The notes under the pieces: generated by a model
Told to the model about the DNA's origin: nothing
Seen by the model: the letters and a program-made list of their open reading frames with translations, nothing else
Database searches by the model: none
Shown here: positions 8,156 through 19,965 of the stretch, piece after piece
Layout: every line of letters begins with the position of its first letter
How positions within the stretch are numbered: position 1 is the stretch's first letter
Program-made: the position numbers and the translations under genes
NCBI GenBank assembly: GCA_963793305.1
Contig: CAWBZV010000003.1
Location: 128,001 to 192,000 of the forward strand
Length of the DNA: 64,000 nt
Source of the DNA: an uncultured Gemmatimonadales bacterium
Lineage (GTDB): Bacteria > Gemmatimonadota > Gemmatimonadetes > Gemmatimonadales > Gemmatimonadaceae
Direction of reading: 5' to 3'

Positions 8156-11100
8156 GGGTCGCGCCTACCGCGAACTGTTGCTCGATCGGCGTGGCCTCCG
8201 GCAGCACGACCTCGTGCAGCGGCTCGGTCTTGCGGATCGTCGCGTACATCACCGGGACCACGATCAGCGTGTACACGCTCGCGATCAGCAGCCCGCCGAT
8301 CACGGCGCGCCCAAGTGGCGCATTCTGCTCGCCTCCCTCTGTGAGACTCAACGCCAAGGGCACCATACCAATGATCATGGCCAGTGCCGTCATGATCACG
8401 GGCCTCAGTCTCGTCACGCCGGCTTCGATCGCCGCGCCGTCGGCGTCATAGCCGCCCTTTCGTGCGTCATCGGCGAAGGTAATCAACAGGACGCTATTCG
8501 ACGTCGCCACACCGAGCGACATGATCGTTCCCATGAGCGATGGCACGCTGAACGAGGTTCCGGTCACATACAAAGACCACAGCACACCCGACAGAGCGCC
8601 GGGCAGCGCCATGATAATGACCAGTGGGTCAAGCCACGTCTGGAAGTTCACGACGAGCAGGATGTAGACGAGGATCAGCGCCGCGAAGATCCCGCCGATC
8701 AGCCCGGCAAACGATGATTTCATCTGCTGCACCTGGCCGCGCATGACGATGCGTGAGCCGGTGGGCGGTGTGGTCCTCGCAACAACATTCACTCACGTCA
8801 TTCGCCACGCCGCCCAGATCCCGGCCGGTGGCGCGGGCGTAGACGTTGAAGGCCGGCAGAATATTGTAATGATTGATGCTCGCGGGAACCGTGCGCCGCG
8901 CGGTGGTCGCCAGGTTCGCGAAGAGCTGCGTGGGCACGCCGCCCGCGGCCGCCGTGACGGGTGTCAACGCCAGGTCTTCCATCGACCGCATCTCTGTACT
9001 GCGGCGTCTGCACCTGGATCGAATAGTTGACGCCGTTCGTCGGATCGAGCCAGAAGTTCGGCGCCGACTGAAAGCTCGAGCTGAGGGAGACTAGGAGGGC
9101 CGAGGCGACGTTGCGTTGCGTGAGCCCGACTTCCTGCGCTCGCAGACGATCGACGTTGAAAAAAATCTCGGGCTCGTCGACCACCTGGCCCACCCGGACG
9201 TTCGGACGCGCCGGGGATCTGCCGAATCTCACTCGCCAAGCGCTGCGCGAGCGCGTAGTTGCTGTCGCGTTGCCGCCCCACGATCTGGACGTTGATCGGC
9301 GCGGCCAATCCCTGATTCAAGACCTGCGTGACGATATCCGCCGGCTGATACCAGAACTGATCACTCGGAAACTCGTTGATCAGCGTCTCCCTGAGCATTC
9401 GCTGGTACTGGGCCGTCTTGTGCGTCCGCTTTTCGCCGAGTACGACGAGGATCTCGCCCTCGGAGGGGCCGATGATCGAGAGGTCGCCGGTGGCGAGCGC
9501 GACGCCACCGCCGGCCAGGCCGATGTTGTCGCGCATCAAGGCGATCTCGTTCTCGGGGATGAGGCGCTGTTGATCGCCCGCTCGACCTCACCGAACACCA
9601 CTCGCTCGACTCTAACCGGGTCCCGGCCGGCAGTCTCACGTGCGGCCGGAAAACTGGCCAGCATCGACCTCGTCGGAAAGAAGTCCTGGCCGATCGCCGG
9701 AATGAGCACCAGGCTGCCGGCGACAAAGGCGAACGCCAGTATCATGACGATCACCCAATGCCGCATGGCGGTGCGCAAGACGGCCTCATATCCATCGCTG
9801 AACCGGTTGAACTCCGTCTCGACCCAGGCGTTCAGCGCCCACAGGCCGCCTCGTTTCTTCTCTTCTCCAGTGATACCTCTTCGCCGCCCTGATAGAGCTC
9901 GACCTCTCCCTTGAGCATGTAGTGCACGATCGTCGGTACGAGGGGTACGGGAGAGGAGATACGACGCGAGAATGGCGAAGATGACCGCGAGCGCCAGTGG
10001 CCGGAATAACGCCGAGGCAGCCCCACTCAAAAAGAAAATCGGAACGAACACAATGCAGATCGACACCGATGCCATGAACGCGGGCGCCGCGACCTGTGAT
10101 GCCGCGTCGATGATCGCCTGCAGGAATGTTCTTCCCCTCGCCCATGTTGCGATGGACGTTTTCTATTTCGACCGTCACGTCGTCCACGAGGATGCCAACG
10201 GCGAGGGCCAGGCCGCCGAGGGACTGGATGTTGATCGTCTCGTGCAGCGCATAGAGCACAATGATCAACGTCATGATCGAAAGCGGGATCGATACCGCGA
10301 CGATGACGGTGCTCCGCCAGCTGCCGAGGAAGAACAGGATCATGATGGCCGTCAGGCAGGCGGCGGTGACGGCCTCGACGATCACGCCCTTGATCGCGTT
10401 CCGCACATAGGTCGACTGATCTTGAATGACGCTCAAGTCGATCCCCGGCGGGATCGCCCGCTGCGTTGGCGGGAGCAGCGCTTTGATGTGGTCGACGACG
10501 TCGATCGTCGACGCGGCCCCGAACTTGAGCACGTCGAGGTACGCGCCGCGCCGGCCGTTGATGCGCACGATGTTCGTCTGCACGCCGGCGCCCAACCGTA
10601 CGTGCGCGACGTCGCGCACGTATACCATCTGGCCGTTCACCAGCTTGATCGGCGCATCGTCCAGCGACTCGACGATGTCGGGGCTGGAGTTCAAGGCGAC
10701 CTGGTACTCCTTGTCTCCCATCTTCGCGGTGCCCGAGGGGAGAATGATGTTCTGCACGTTGATCGCGCTCGAGACATCGTTCGGAGACAGTCCCTTCTGA
10801 TAGAGGAGCCGCGGGTCAATGTCGATCGTGACCTGCTTTGGCGGCCCGCCGAACACCGGCGGCAGGTTCGCGCCCTGTGCCGTGACGAGCCCGGGGCGGA
10901 TGAACTGATTGCCGATATCATTCAGCTCTTGCTCGCCGAGCGTCTTGCTGGCGATACCGACTTCCATCACCGGGACGTCGGTGGCGCTGTAGCGAATGAT
11001 GAACGGCGGGGTCGTCCCCGGCGGCAATCCGCGCAGGATCGCCTGACACGTCCCGGCGATCTGCGCCACGGCCGCCGCCAAATCCCCACTCGGCTCGATG

Positions 11101-11386
11101 TCAACGCGGATGACCGCAATGCCGTCGAGGGATTCTGATTCGAATGTGCTCGAATGTCGGCGACGCCCGTCGTGAAGGCGCGCTCGGAGAGCGTCACGAT
11201 GCGGCCTTCCATGTCGCGCGCGGGGAGGCCGTTGTACGACCAGACGACCGAGACAATCGGGATGTTCGTCGACGGGAAGATGTCCGTCGGCATCGAGACC
11301 GCCGCGAACGCCCCGAACAACATCATGATCAGGGCGAGACACGCCGTCGTATATGGGCGCCGAAGCGCGAGCCTGACTATCCACAT
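8148..11386 (-). CDS. RND efflux permease (AcrB/CzcA family), broken by about 10 frameshifts
   Basis: Fragments in successive frames: MWIVRLALRRPYT, MPTDIFP, GGLALAVGILVDD, LFRPLALAV, GQDFFP, GVATSNSVL, RLRPVIMTALAMIIGMVP, EQNAPLGRAVIGGL. Several shifts are GAYG+A or homopolymer events, so the gene is probably intact in vivo. Confidence 0.85.
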
Positions 11387-11429
11387 ATCGTATGCGCTCT
11401 CTTACGCAGCGCCCATCGAAAGCGATGAG

Positions 11430-12427
11430 CTACATGCCCTTCGGTCGCTCGCTCGCTTTGAGCGCGTAAGCGCACTCTTCGATTCGCGAGCCTTTGGTGT
11501 CGGCGACCGCGAACTTGGTTCCCTCATACAAGCACGCACTCCCGTACCGGCCGTCCTTGGTGACGGCGTAGTACGTGAGATCGAACTTCGCGCGCCCTCG
11601 CTCATCCAGCAACCGTTTCTCGGTCATCGCGATCACCCGCTCGATGACTTTGAGACACGCGGCTTCGGGATCGAGCCCCTGGCGCATGAGCTCGACTGCG
11701 TAGAAGGCTCCGCAGACCTTGATGTTGCCCTCTCCGTACCCGGTAGACCCGGCCGCGCCAACCGTGTTGTCGCAGTACTGGCCCGCGCCGATGATCGGCG
11801 AGTCGCCGACGCGACCCGCGATCTTATAGGATATGCCGCTGGTGGTCGTGACCGAGCCAATGTCACCCGCCGCATTGACCGCGCACATGTTGATGGTGCC
11901 GTGCGTCCAATTCGTATCTTGGTGCGCCTTCCAGCGAAGCCAGTCCTGCCGGCTCTTCTCGGTGAGCAGGTTCTGCTCCTTGAACCCCATCTCGAGCGCG
12001 AACTTCTTGGCGCCGGCGCCGACCGAGAGATGTGGTTGGTATTCTCCATGATGGCCTTCGCGACGAGCGATGGCGTCGCGATATCCTCGAGCGCCCCGAC
12101 GGCGCCCGCGCGCTTGGTGGGGCCATGCATGACGCTCGCGTCGAGCTGCACGACGCCGTCCTCGTTCGGTAGGCCGCCGAGTCCGACGGACTGGTCGTCG
12201 GGGTCGAGCTCCTGGATGACGACGCCCTGGATCGCGGCGTCGAGCGGGTCCGCGCCGCTCGACATCATCTCGTAGGCCTTGGCGACGCCGCGGATTCCGT
12301 TCAACGACGAGATCGCGATGGGGCGCGATCCGGGTCGCGAGACGTTCGTCGTTCGGATGTCGGGGACCACCAGACCGGCCGCGGCCGTCGCGCCGGCTTC
12401 AATGAAGGAACGGCGGGAGATCGTCAT
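11430..12427 (-). CDS. Ntn-hydrolase, glycosylasparaginase / isoaspartyl peptidase (asparaginase 2 family), Tat signal; one frameshift near 12030
   Basis: MTISRRSFIE Tat motif, SVGLGGLPNEDGVVQLDASVM, HG-TI (nucleophile Thr), TTTSG, GRVGDSPIIGAG. Confidence 0.88.
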
Positions 12428-12441
12428 GCCGGTGGAAAGTA

Positions 12442-12780
12442 CTACAGGCGGACTTGCTCCGTGAGCCAGGCCTGGATCTCGGGCCACGCGGCCTCCACCT
12501 GCGCCAACGCCGTCTGGGTACCGCTGGCGTCTCCCTTCGAGGCCGACGCCTCCCCGCGGCTGCACCCCTCTTGGATCGCCGTGAGGCCGAGCTGGCCCGC
12601 GCTCGATTTCAACGAATGGAGCGCGCGCTGAGCGGCCAACAGATCCCCGGACTGAATGCCGGCCCGCGCGACGGAGAGGCGCTCGGGAGCGTACTTGAGA
12701 AACAGCTCGATGAGCTCCCGGACCAGCTTCGGTCCACCCACGATCCGGAGTGTCTCGAGAACGTCGTTCACTGCGGTCAC
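12442..12780 (-). CDS. Stand-alone Hpt phosphotransfer protein
   Basis: ELIELFL...ALHSLKSSAGQLG Hpt motif. GTG start overlaps the upstream stop. Confidence 0.88.
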   Translation of the reverse strand: MTAVNDVLETLRIVGGPKLVRELIELFLKYAPERLSVARAGIQSGDLLAAQRALHSLKSSAGQLGLTAIQEGCSRGEASASKGDASGTQTALAQVEAAWPEIQAWLTEQVRL

Positions 12781-14877
12781 ATTGCCGCGCGCCGGAGGGC
12801 GGCTTTGACGCGAGCCACGAAGCGGGGTGGGTCGAACGGTTTTCGCACGTAGTCATCCGCGCCGAGCTCAATGATCCGCGCCTCGGACTCTCCGTCTTCC
12901 GAGCCCGTAAGGACAATGACGGGCGGCCCATGGTGCTGGCGAATGTGCGTCAGCAGCATATCCCGTTCATCTTCGGCATGCACAGGTCGGTGATGACGAG
13001 CTGGTACGGCTCGGCCCCTGCATCGAACAACGCTTGCGCCTTGTCGCCATCGTCTGCTTCGGTGACCTGGAACCCGGACTGCTCCAGCATCGCCTTGGCG
13101 AGCTTCCGCTGCACGGGATCGTCATCGACGACGAGCACGCGCTGGGTCGCCGACCCTTCGCCGATCCCGACCACGCGATCGACTTCGCTCAGCGTCGTGA
13201 TGCCCAGTCCGACTTTTTCGAGCGCCGTCTGCCGGAGCAGCCGCATGCCGCCCGCGATCGCGGCCTCCTGCAATTCGAGCACGGTCGCGCCGCGCGCGAT
13301 CGATGTGGCCAAGGCCGGCGTTGTCGTGAATACCTCGAGCACCGGCACGCGACCTCGATAACCGGTGCCGCCGCAACTCGGGCAACCGACCGCGCGCTTC
13401 GTAGGTCTGACGCCGGAGCGCGTGCTGAGCGATGCCTCGCTGTCGGGCAGTTCCCCATTCGCCACCGGCACCGCGCACTGCGAGCAGAGCCGTCGCAAGA
13501 GCCGCTGCGCGAGTGCGCCGCGCAGCGTCGCCGAGATGCTCGGCCGATCCAGCCCCAGGTCCGACAGGCGGCTCACGGCGCTCGCGGCATCATTCGTGTG
13601 TAGCGTCGCCAGCACCAAATGCCCCGTCATCGCGGCCTGCACGGCGATCTGCGCCGTCTCGCTGTCGCGAATCTCGCCCACGAAAATCACGTCGGGGTCC
13701 TGCCGCAACACCGCGCGCAGCGCCGACGCGAATGTCACTCCGCGCTTCGTCTCGACTTGGATCTGCGTGATGCCGGCGAGCTCGTACTCGACGGGGTCCT
13801 CGACCGTGATGACATTGACTTCGCCGTTCGCGATCTCCTTTAGCGCTGCATAGAGTGTCGTTGTCTTGCCCGAGCCTGTCGGACCGGTCACGACGACGAT
13901 CCCCTCCTTGTGCGACAGGAGCTGTTTGATTCGCGTCAGCTCGCTCTCCGCCATTCCCATGTCTTCGAGCTTGCGCGCGGTATCCGAACGCAGCACGCGG
14001 ATGACGGCTTTCTCCGAATCGCGCGTCGGGACAGTCGACACGCGAAGATCGAACGTCTTGCTCTCGATCTGGATTCGCGCGCGACCGTCCTGCGGGCGCA
14101 TGCGATCGGCGATATCCAGCTTGGCCAGCACCTTGATGCGTGACACGACGCGGTTGAGCGCCGACATGGGCAGTTGCAAGTGCTGTCGCATGACGCCGTC
14201 GACACGGAAGCGCACGACGCCGGTGCCCTTCTGTCCGGGCTCGATGTGAACATCGCTCGCGCCATTCACGATCCCATCGCGCAAGATCAAACTCGTCAGC
14301 TTGACCACCGGCTCGAGCTCCGCCTCGCGCTCGGCGATCTCTTCGGGCTGCAGGCTGTCGACGATCTTCACGGCGTCGGCCAGCTCCGAGTCCATCGTGC
14401 CGACGACGCGGTCGAGCATCGTGCTCACGTCCTCGGGCTTCGCGTATGTCGCGTCGAGTGCCTCGGCGATCGCGGCCGGCGAGGCGATCTCGAAGATCAC
14501 CGCTCGACCGGCGGCAAAGCTTACCGCCTGCTCCACGGCAAGATCGTCCGGGTTTGACGCGCGACCGTGATATGGCGATCGGTTTCGCGCAGCGGGATCA
14601 CGTGATAGCGGCGCGCGAGCTTTTCCGGCAGGAGACGGAGTGCCTTTGGCTCGATCGCCGAGAGATCGGCGACGCCCAGTTTGAGCGACTGCGCGACGTG
14701 AGTGGCGAGCGACTCGGGCGTCGTGCCGGTCGCGCGCGCGACTTCGGTCCAGGATTCCGGAGTCGACGTGCCGGGCAGCACTATTAGCGAGTCGGCGCCC
14801 GGGAGCTTCGCGCGGCGCGCGGCGGTCACGAGAAACATCATCATCGTATCGAGGACGCAAACGCCGTCACGGCGCAA
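12777..14877 (-). CDS. PilB/GspE-family secretion ATPase fused to a C-terminal response-regulator receiver domain (frameshifts near 14560 and 12963)
   Basis: T2SSE_N-like LPEKLARRYHVIPL, ASDVHIEP, GPTGSGKTTT, TVEDPVEY, RQDPDVIFVGEIRD, GHLVLATLH, two CxxC pairs; then VLVVDDD...ITDLCMPKMNG...VIVLT...GADDYVRKPFDP. Start codon uncertain. Confidence 0.88.
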
Positions 14878-14947
14878 CGCTACGTAAAGACTTCACAGCG
14901 TGCAGTAAGCTGTGACGCGGGACGAAAGGGCGCGTCGTGCCAATGCA

Positions 14948-17900
14948 ATGACACGTCGCGAATACGCGTGGCCCGAGATTTGGATCGCCGAGCTTATCGT
15001 CCTCGGGGTCGCGAGCGTCGCGCTCGGCGGTATCTCAGCACTGTGGACGGCATCCGCGTTGGCGAGCACGATCGTCGCTGCCAGCCTGGCGCGCATCGAT
15101 CCGCGCGGCGGCTGGCGACTCGCGCTCGCCTATCTCGCCCTCGGTTGCGGCCTCGGGGCGGCACTCTACGCGCCTTCTGCGCTGCCTCTGGCGTCGCCTG
15201 CGATCCTGCTCGGCCTCGGGGTGCTCGGCATCGCTGTGATGTCGCTCAGCGATCGCGCACACTATTTCCGCCTCGGCGTCGCTGGCACGCTCGCTCCGAC
15301 TCTCGCTGCGCTCCTGGCATCCTGGCAGCTCAGCGCCAGCTGCGCGCTGATTGTTCTCGTCGCACTCGCTGCGCTCGTGCAACTGACGAAAAATGAGCGC
15401 ACTCTCACGATCGAGCGATCTGCCGAGCCCGAACGCGTCGGCCGCGAACGCGCCGAGGTCGTGCGCAACGGCCACGAACGCGCCGGCCAAGAGCACGCCG
15501 AGCACGACGGTCGCGAACGCGCCGGGACCGTGCGCGCCCGCGACGGGGCGGCCGAGGTCGCGCAGTCGGCGCGGATGGGGCCGGTGGCCGAGTCGCAGTC
15601 GCCGAAGGCGCTGCGTAATTCTGGGCAGGATGCCCAGACGTTCGCGCACACGCTGTTCACCGGCATGCCGAATCCGATCGCCGTAGTGGACCATGCCGGC
15701 AAATTCGCGGCGGTCAACCCGGCCTTCGTCTCGCTCTTCGGCTACACGGAGACCGAAGCGTGCGGCCAAAAGCTGGTAGACCTGATCGTGCCGCCGCACT
15801 TACACGAAACCGCCATTCGAATCCACGACCGCGTGAGGTCCGGCGAAACGGTCACCACCGAGACCGAGCGCCGCCGCAAAGATGGCACACTCGTCAACGT
15901 GCGCGTCTCCCTGGTGCCAGCCCAGGTCGACGGCCACCCGGCCGCGCTCTTCCTGTACACGGACATCACGGCCCTCCGCGCAGCCCAAGCACGCTTCGAG
16001 CAGGTCGTCGCGTCGAGCACCGCCGTGATCTACGCGACAAAGATCGAGGGCGACACATTCACGCCGACCTACGTCAGCGAGAACTTGACGCGTCTGACCG
16101 GCCATAATCCCGACGACGCGCTCGACCCGTCCTGGTGGTATGAGCACGTGCACGCGGACGACCGCGACCGGGTCCTCGCGGAGATGCCCTCGCTCCTGAC
16201 GTTCGGGCGAGCTCGTGACGGAGTACCGATTCCGTCCGGCCAAAGGCCCGTATCGTTGGATCCACGACGAAGCCCGACTCGTGCGCGATGCCGCTGGCTT
16301 ACCGCACGAGATCGTCGGCGCCTGGCTCGACATCACCGATCGCCGCCAGTCCGAGCAAGCGATGGCGGAAGCGAAAGAATGTCGCCGAACGCCTCGCCCG
16401 CACCCGCGCGGCGTTCCTCGCCAACATGAGCCACGAGATCCGGACCCCGCTCAACGCCGTCCTCGGCCTGACGGAGCTCGTGCTCGACACCGACCTCTCC
16501 ACCTACCAGCGCCGCTCGCTCGACATGGTTCGCTCGGCCGGCGAAACCCTTCTCTCACTGCTGAACGATGTGCTCGACTACTCGAAGATCGAGGCCGAGC
16601 AGGTCACGTTGGAGAGCATCCCGTTCGACCTCCGGTATCTGGTCGAGTCGACCGCCGGCCTGCTCGCGGTTCGCATCGTCGACCGCCCGGTCGAGCTCCT
16701 GTCCGAGATCTCGCCGGACATGCCCCACATGCTCCAGGGCGACCCGACGCGACTCCGTCAGGTCCTCACGAACCTGGTCGGCAACGCGATCAAGTTCACG
16801 ACCCAGGGTGAAGTCGTCCTCGCCGCGCTCATGGAGCGCACGACCGAAGGCCAGTGCCGCGTCAAGTTCGTCGTGCGCGACACCGGCATCGGGATCAAGC
16901 CCGAACAGCTCACCTCGATCTTCGAGGAGTTCACCCAGGCCGATGCGTCGATGACGCGAAAGTACGGCGGGACGGGACTCGGCCTCGCGATCTCCAAGCG
17001 CATTGTCGGCCTCATGGGCAGCGAGCTCGCCGTCAAGAGCGAGTTCGGCGTGGGCAGCGAATTCTCGTTCACGCTCACGATGCCTGTCGAAGAATCGCAG
17101 CCCGCGACGGTCTCCATCGGTCACGCCCAACTGGCGGGTCGGCGGATGCTCATTGTCGACGACAACTCCACGAATCGCCGCATCGTGCGCGACATGCTGA
17201 CCGCCGCCGGCGTCAGCGTGGAGGAAGCCGCCGGCGCCGAGACGGGCATCGCCGAACTGCGGCAGGCTCGCGCGGAAGGACAGCCTTATGCGCTCGCGGT
17301 CATCGATGCCCAGAATGCCGGGGAAAGATGGCTTCGAGCTGGCGCAGGACTTGAGAAAAGATGATCGCCTGTCCGGCACCAAATTGCTGATGCTGACGTC
17401 CGCGGGGCAGCGCGGCGACATTCAGCGGTGCAAAGAAGTTGGCATTGATGGCTACCTCACGAAGCCAGCAACGCGCACCGATCTCCTCGAGATGATCGCG
17501 GCGTTGCTATCCAACGAGACCAAGCCGGAGCTCGTCACGCGACACATGATCGCCGAGAGCCGCCGCCGGCTCTCGATCTTGCTGGCCGAGGATAACCCGG
17601 TCAATCAGGAAGTCGCAGCCGCCATGCTGCGCAAGCGCGGGCACAAGGTCGATGTCGTGTCCAACGGCGTCGAGGCCGTCGCCGCCGTCACGAGAGCGCC
17701 GTACGATCTCGTGCTCATGGACATTCAGATGCCCGAGATGGATGGGTTCGAGGCCACGCGACGCATCCGTGAAGGGGTCGCGGCCCACGTGTCGATCATC
17801 GCGCTCACGGCGCACGCGCTGACTGGCGAACGCGAGCGCTGTCTCGCCAACGGCATGAACGGATACCTCTCGAAACCGTTCCGCGCGCACGATCTGTTCG

Positions 17901-18379
17901 CGATCGTCGAGAGTATCGGCGATGAGAGCGAAGTCTCGACGACGACCGAGTCCGAGATTCCAGCGCCTGCCGTCGATCTCGAGGCCTTCCGCCGCTCCAT
18001 GCGAGAGGCGGGCGCCGAGGAGGCAGTCGATGCGATCCTCGAGCTCTTTGCGCAGACCGCACCGGAACGCGTGGCCGCACTCAACGCGGCCATGGAATCC
18101 GGCGACGCGAAGGCGATCGCGAACGCCGCGCACGCCTTCAAATCGCCCTCGAGCGCGATCGGCGCGCTCCGACTCGGCGGTCTCCTGCAGGAGATCGAGC
18201 TCGCCGGCAAAGTCGGCGACATCCCGCGCGCGCGCGCCGCGTTCGCGAATCTCGACACTGAGACGGCCGCGGTGCTTGCCGCGCTGCAATCTTTCAATGG
18301 TAGCGATGGCAATGGGACGGCGGCCTCTCGTCCCACTCCTACAGCTCAGGCTGCTTCCTCGGCCTCGCGGACGAGTTGA
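14948..18379 (+). CDS. Membrane-bound hybrid sensor kinase TM-PAS-PAS-HisKA-HATPase-REC-REC-Hpt (frameshifts near 16200, 16377, 17313)
   Basis: Hydrophobic N-terminus, two [54 protein letters not shown], two REC domains, Hpt AHAFKS. Removing one A at each GAAYG site restores the frame. Confidence 0.88.
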
Positions 18380-18573
18380 GAAACGCGAACGCCGAGACCT
18401 TTCGCGATCCGCTCCAGGCTGGCCATCGACACGTTTTGCTCGCCGCGCTCGACCTTGCCAATGTAGGTCCGATGCACGCCGCACTTGTTGGCGAAGGCTT
18501 CCTGCGAGATCCCGAGCCCTATGCGGCGCTGCCGAACTCTGTCGCCGAGCAGCTTCAGGAACTGGGAGGGCAT
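18346..18573 (-). CDS. XRE/Cro-C1 HTH transcriptional regulator
   Basis: [45 protein letters not shown]...IAKGLGV. Convergent overlap with the kinase 3' end. Confidence 0.85.
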   Translation of the reverse strand: MPSQFLKLLGDRVRQRRIGLGISQEAFANKCGVHRTYIGKVERGEQNVSMASLERIAKGLGVRVSQLVREAEEAA

Positions 18574-18757
18574 GGCGGGCAAGAGTGCGCGGTGTACCAG
18601 AGTGTTTTCCACACCCGGGGATGCGCCACCCGTTGGTGGGCGACGTTTGTATTGCCTGCGCACTACTGACACCAGGCCCTGACGTGAGGGCGCCTGGCCG
18701 TAGACGTTAAGTCAGCGGCTGGACAGGACGGATGGCGCGGTCGATCTTGCTCGCCCT

Positions 18758-19956
18758 ATGCGCTCATCCCTCGCGTTCCTGCTCATTCTCGCGCCGGCAC
18801 TCGCGGCGCAGTCGCCCAAACCACGCGCCCGTGACCTCGGCGTGCCATTCGACGGCACGCCAGGTCCGCTCAACGCGATCACTGACGTCGCGGGCGTCAC
18901 CGTCGGTCAGGTGACATTGATCCATGGCGAGGGAAAGCTCGTACGCGGCGAAGGCCCCGTGCGAACCGGCGTGACGGCGATCTTCCCCCGGGGTAACCAC
19001 GCGGCCGATCCCGTGTTCGGCGGCTGGTTCACGCTGAACGGCAATGGCGAGAATGACGGGAACGACGTGGTTGGAGGAGAACGGATTTCTGCGCGGTCCC
19101 GTGGTCATCTCGAACACGATCAGCGTTGGGACCGTCCATGATGCCGTCATCGCGTGGCAAATAAAAAACGTTCCCGACGCGGACTGGTCATTGCCGTTCG
19201 TCGCCGAAACGTGGGATGGTGGTCTCAATGACATCTACGGCTTTCACGTCCATCAACAAGAACGTCTTCGATGCGATGGATCGCGCAACCGGTGGGCCCG
19301 TTGCCGAAGGCGGCGTGGGCGGCGGGACCGGAATGATCTGCCACGAGTTCAAGGGTGGCATCGGCACGGCCTCGCGCAAACTGTCCGTGAAAGACGGCGG
19401 CTACACGCTCGGCGTTCTCGTGCAATGCAACTATGGACTGCGCCGCCGACTGACGATTGCGGGTGTGCCCGTTGGACGAGAGATCCCTGAACCACTCCCG
19501 TGTTTCGCGGGGCACTGGCAATATCCGCCGCGTCAAGAATACCGCACGTGCGATAAGCCGGGTGTCGCACGCGATGGCGACCAGGGATCCATTATCGTCG
19601 TTGTCGCCACTGACGCACCGCTCTTGCCGCATCAGCTCAAGCGCATCGCCAAACGCGTGTCGCTCGGCATCGGTCGCACCGGCGGCTTGGGCGGCGACTC
19701 GTCCGGCGACATCTACATCGCGTTTTCAACGGCGAACCCTGATGCGGCTGACCCAAAGAACCTTCGCGCGTTGACGATGCTCCCGAATGAGCGCATCGAT
19801 CATCTGTTCGAAGCAACAGTCGAGGCGACGCACGAGGCCATCGTGAATGCCATGGTCGCGGCCGAGACGACGGTCGGCGCGGACTCGTTGCGCGTGCCGG
19901 CACTGCCACACGATCGCCTCCGCGCCGCGCTCGCCAAGTACAATCGCCTGCACTAG
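18758..19956 (+). CDS. DmpA-like aminopeptidase (P1/S58 Ntn family), signal peptide; frameshifts near 19051 and 19260
   Basis: RARDLGVPFDGTPGPLNAITDVAGV, VRTGVTAI, NGNGE(M)TG, PFVAETWDG.LNDI, EGGVGGGTGM, FKGGIGTASR, G-SII cleavage site, SGDIYIAFST. Confidence 0.9.
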
Positions 19957-19965
19957 GTTGGGCAT

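Noticed and set aside
18346..18573. Restriction-modification controller (C) protein
   Set aside because: The sequence resembles that XRE subgroup, but there is no methyltransferase or endonuclease next to it.
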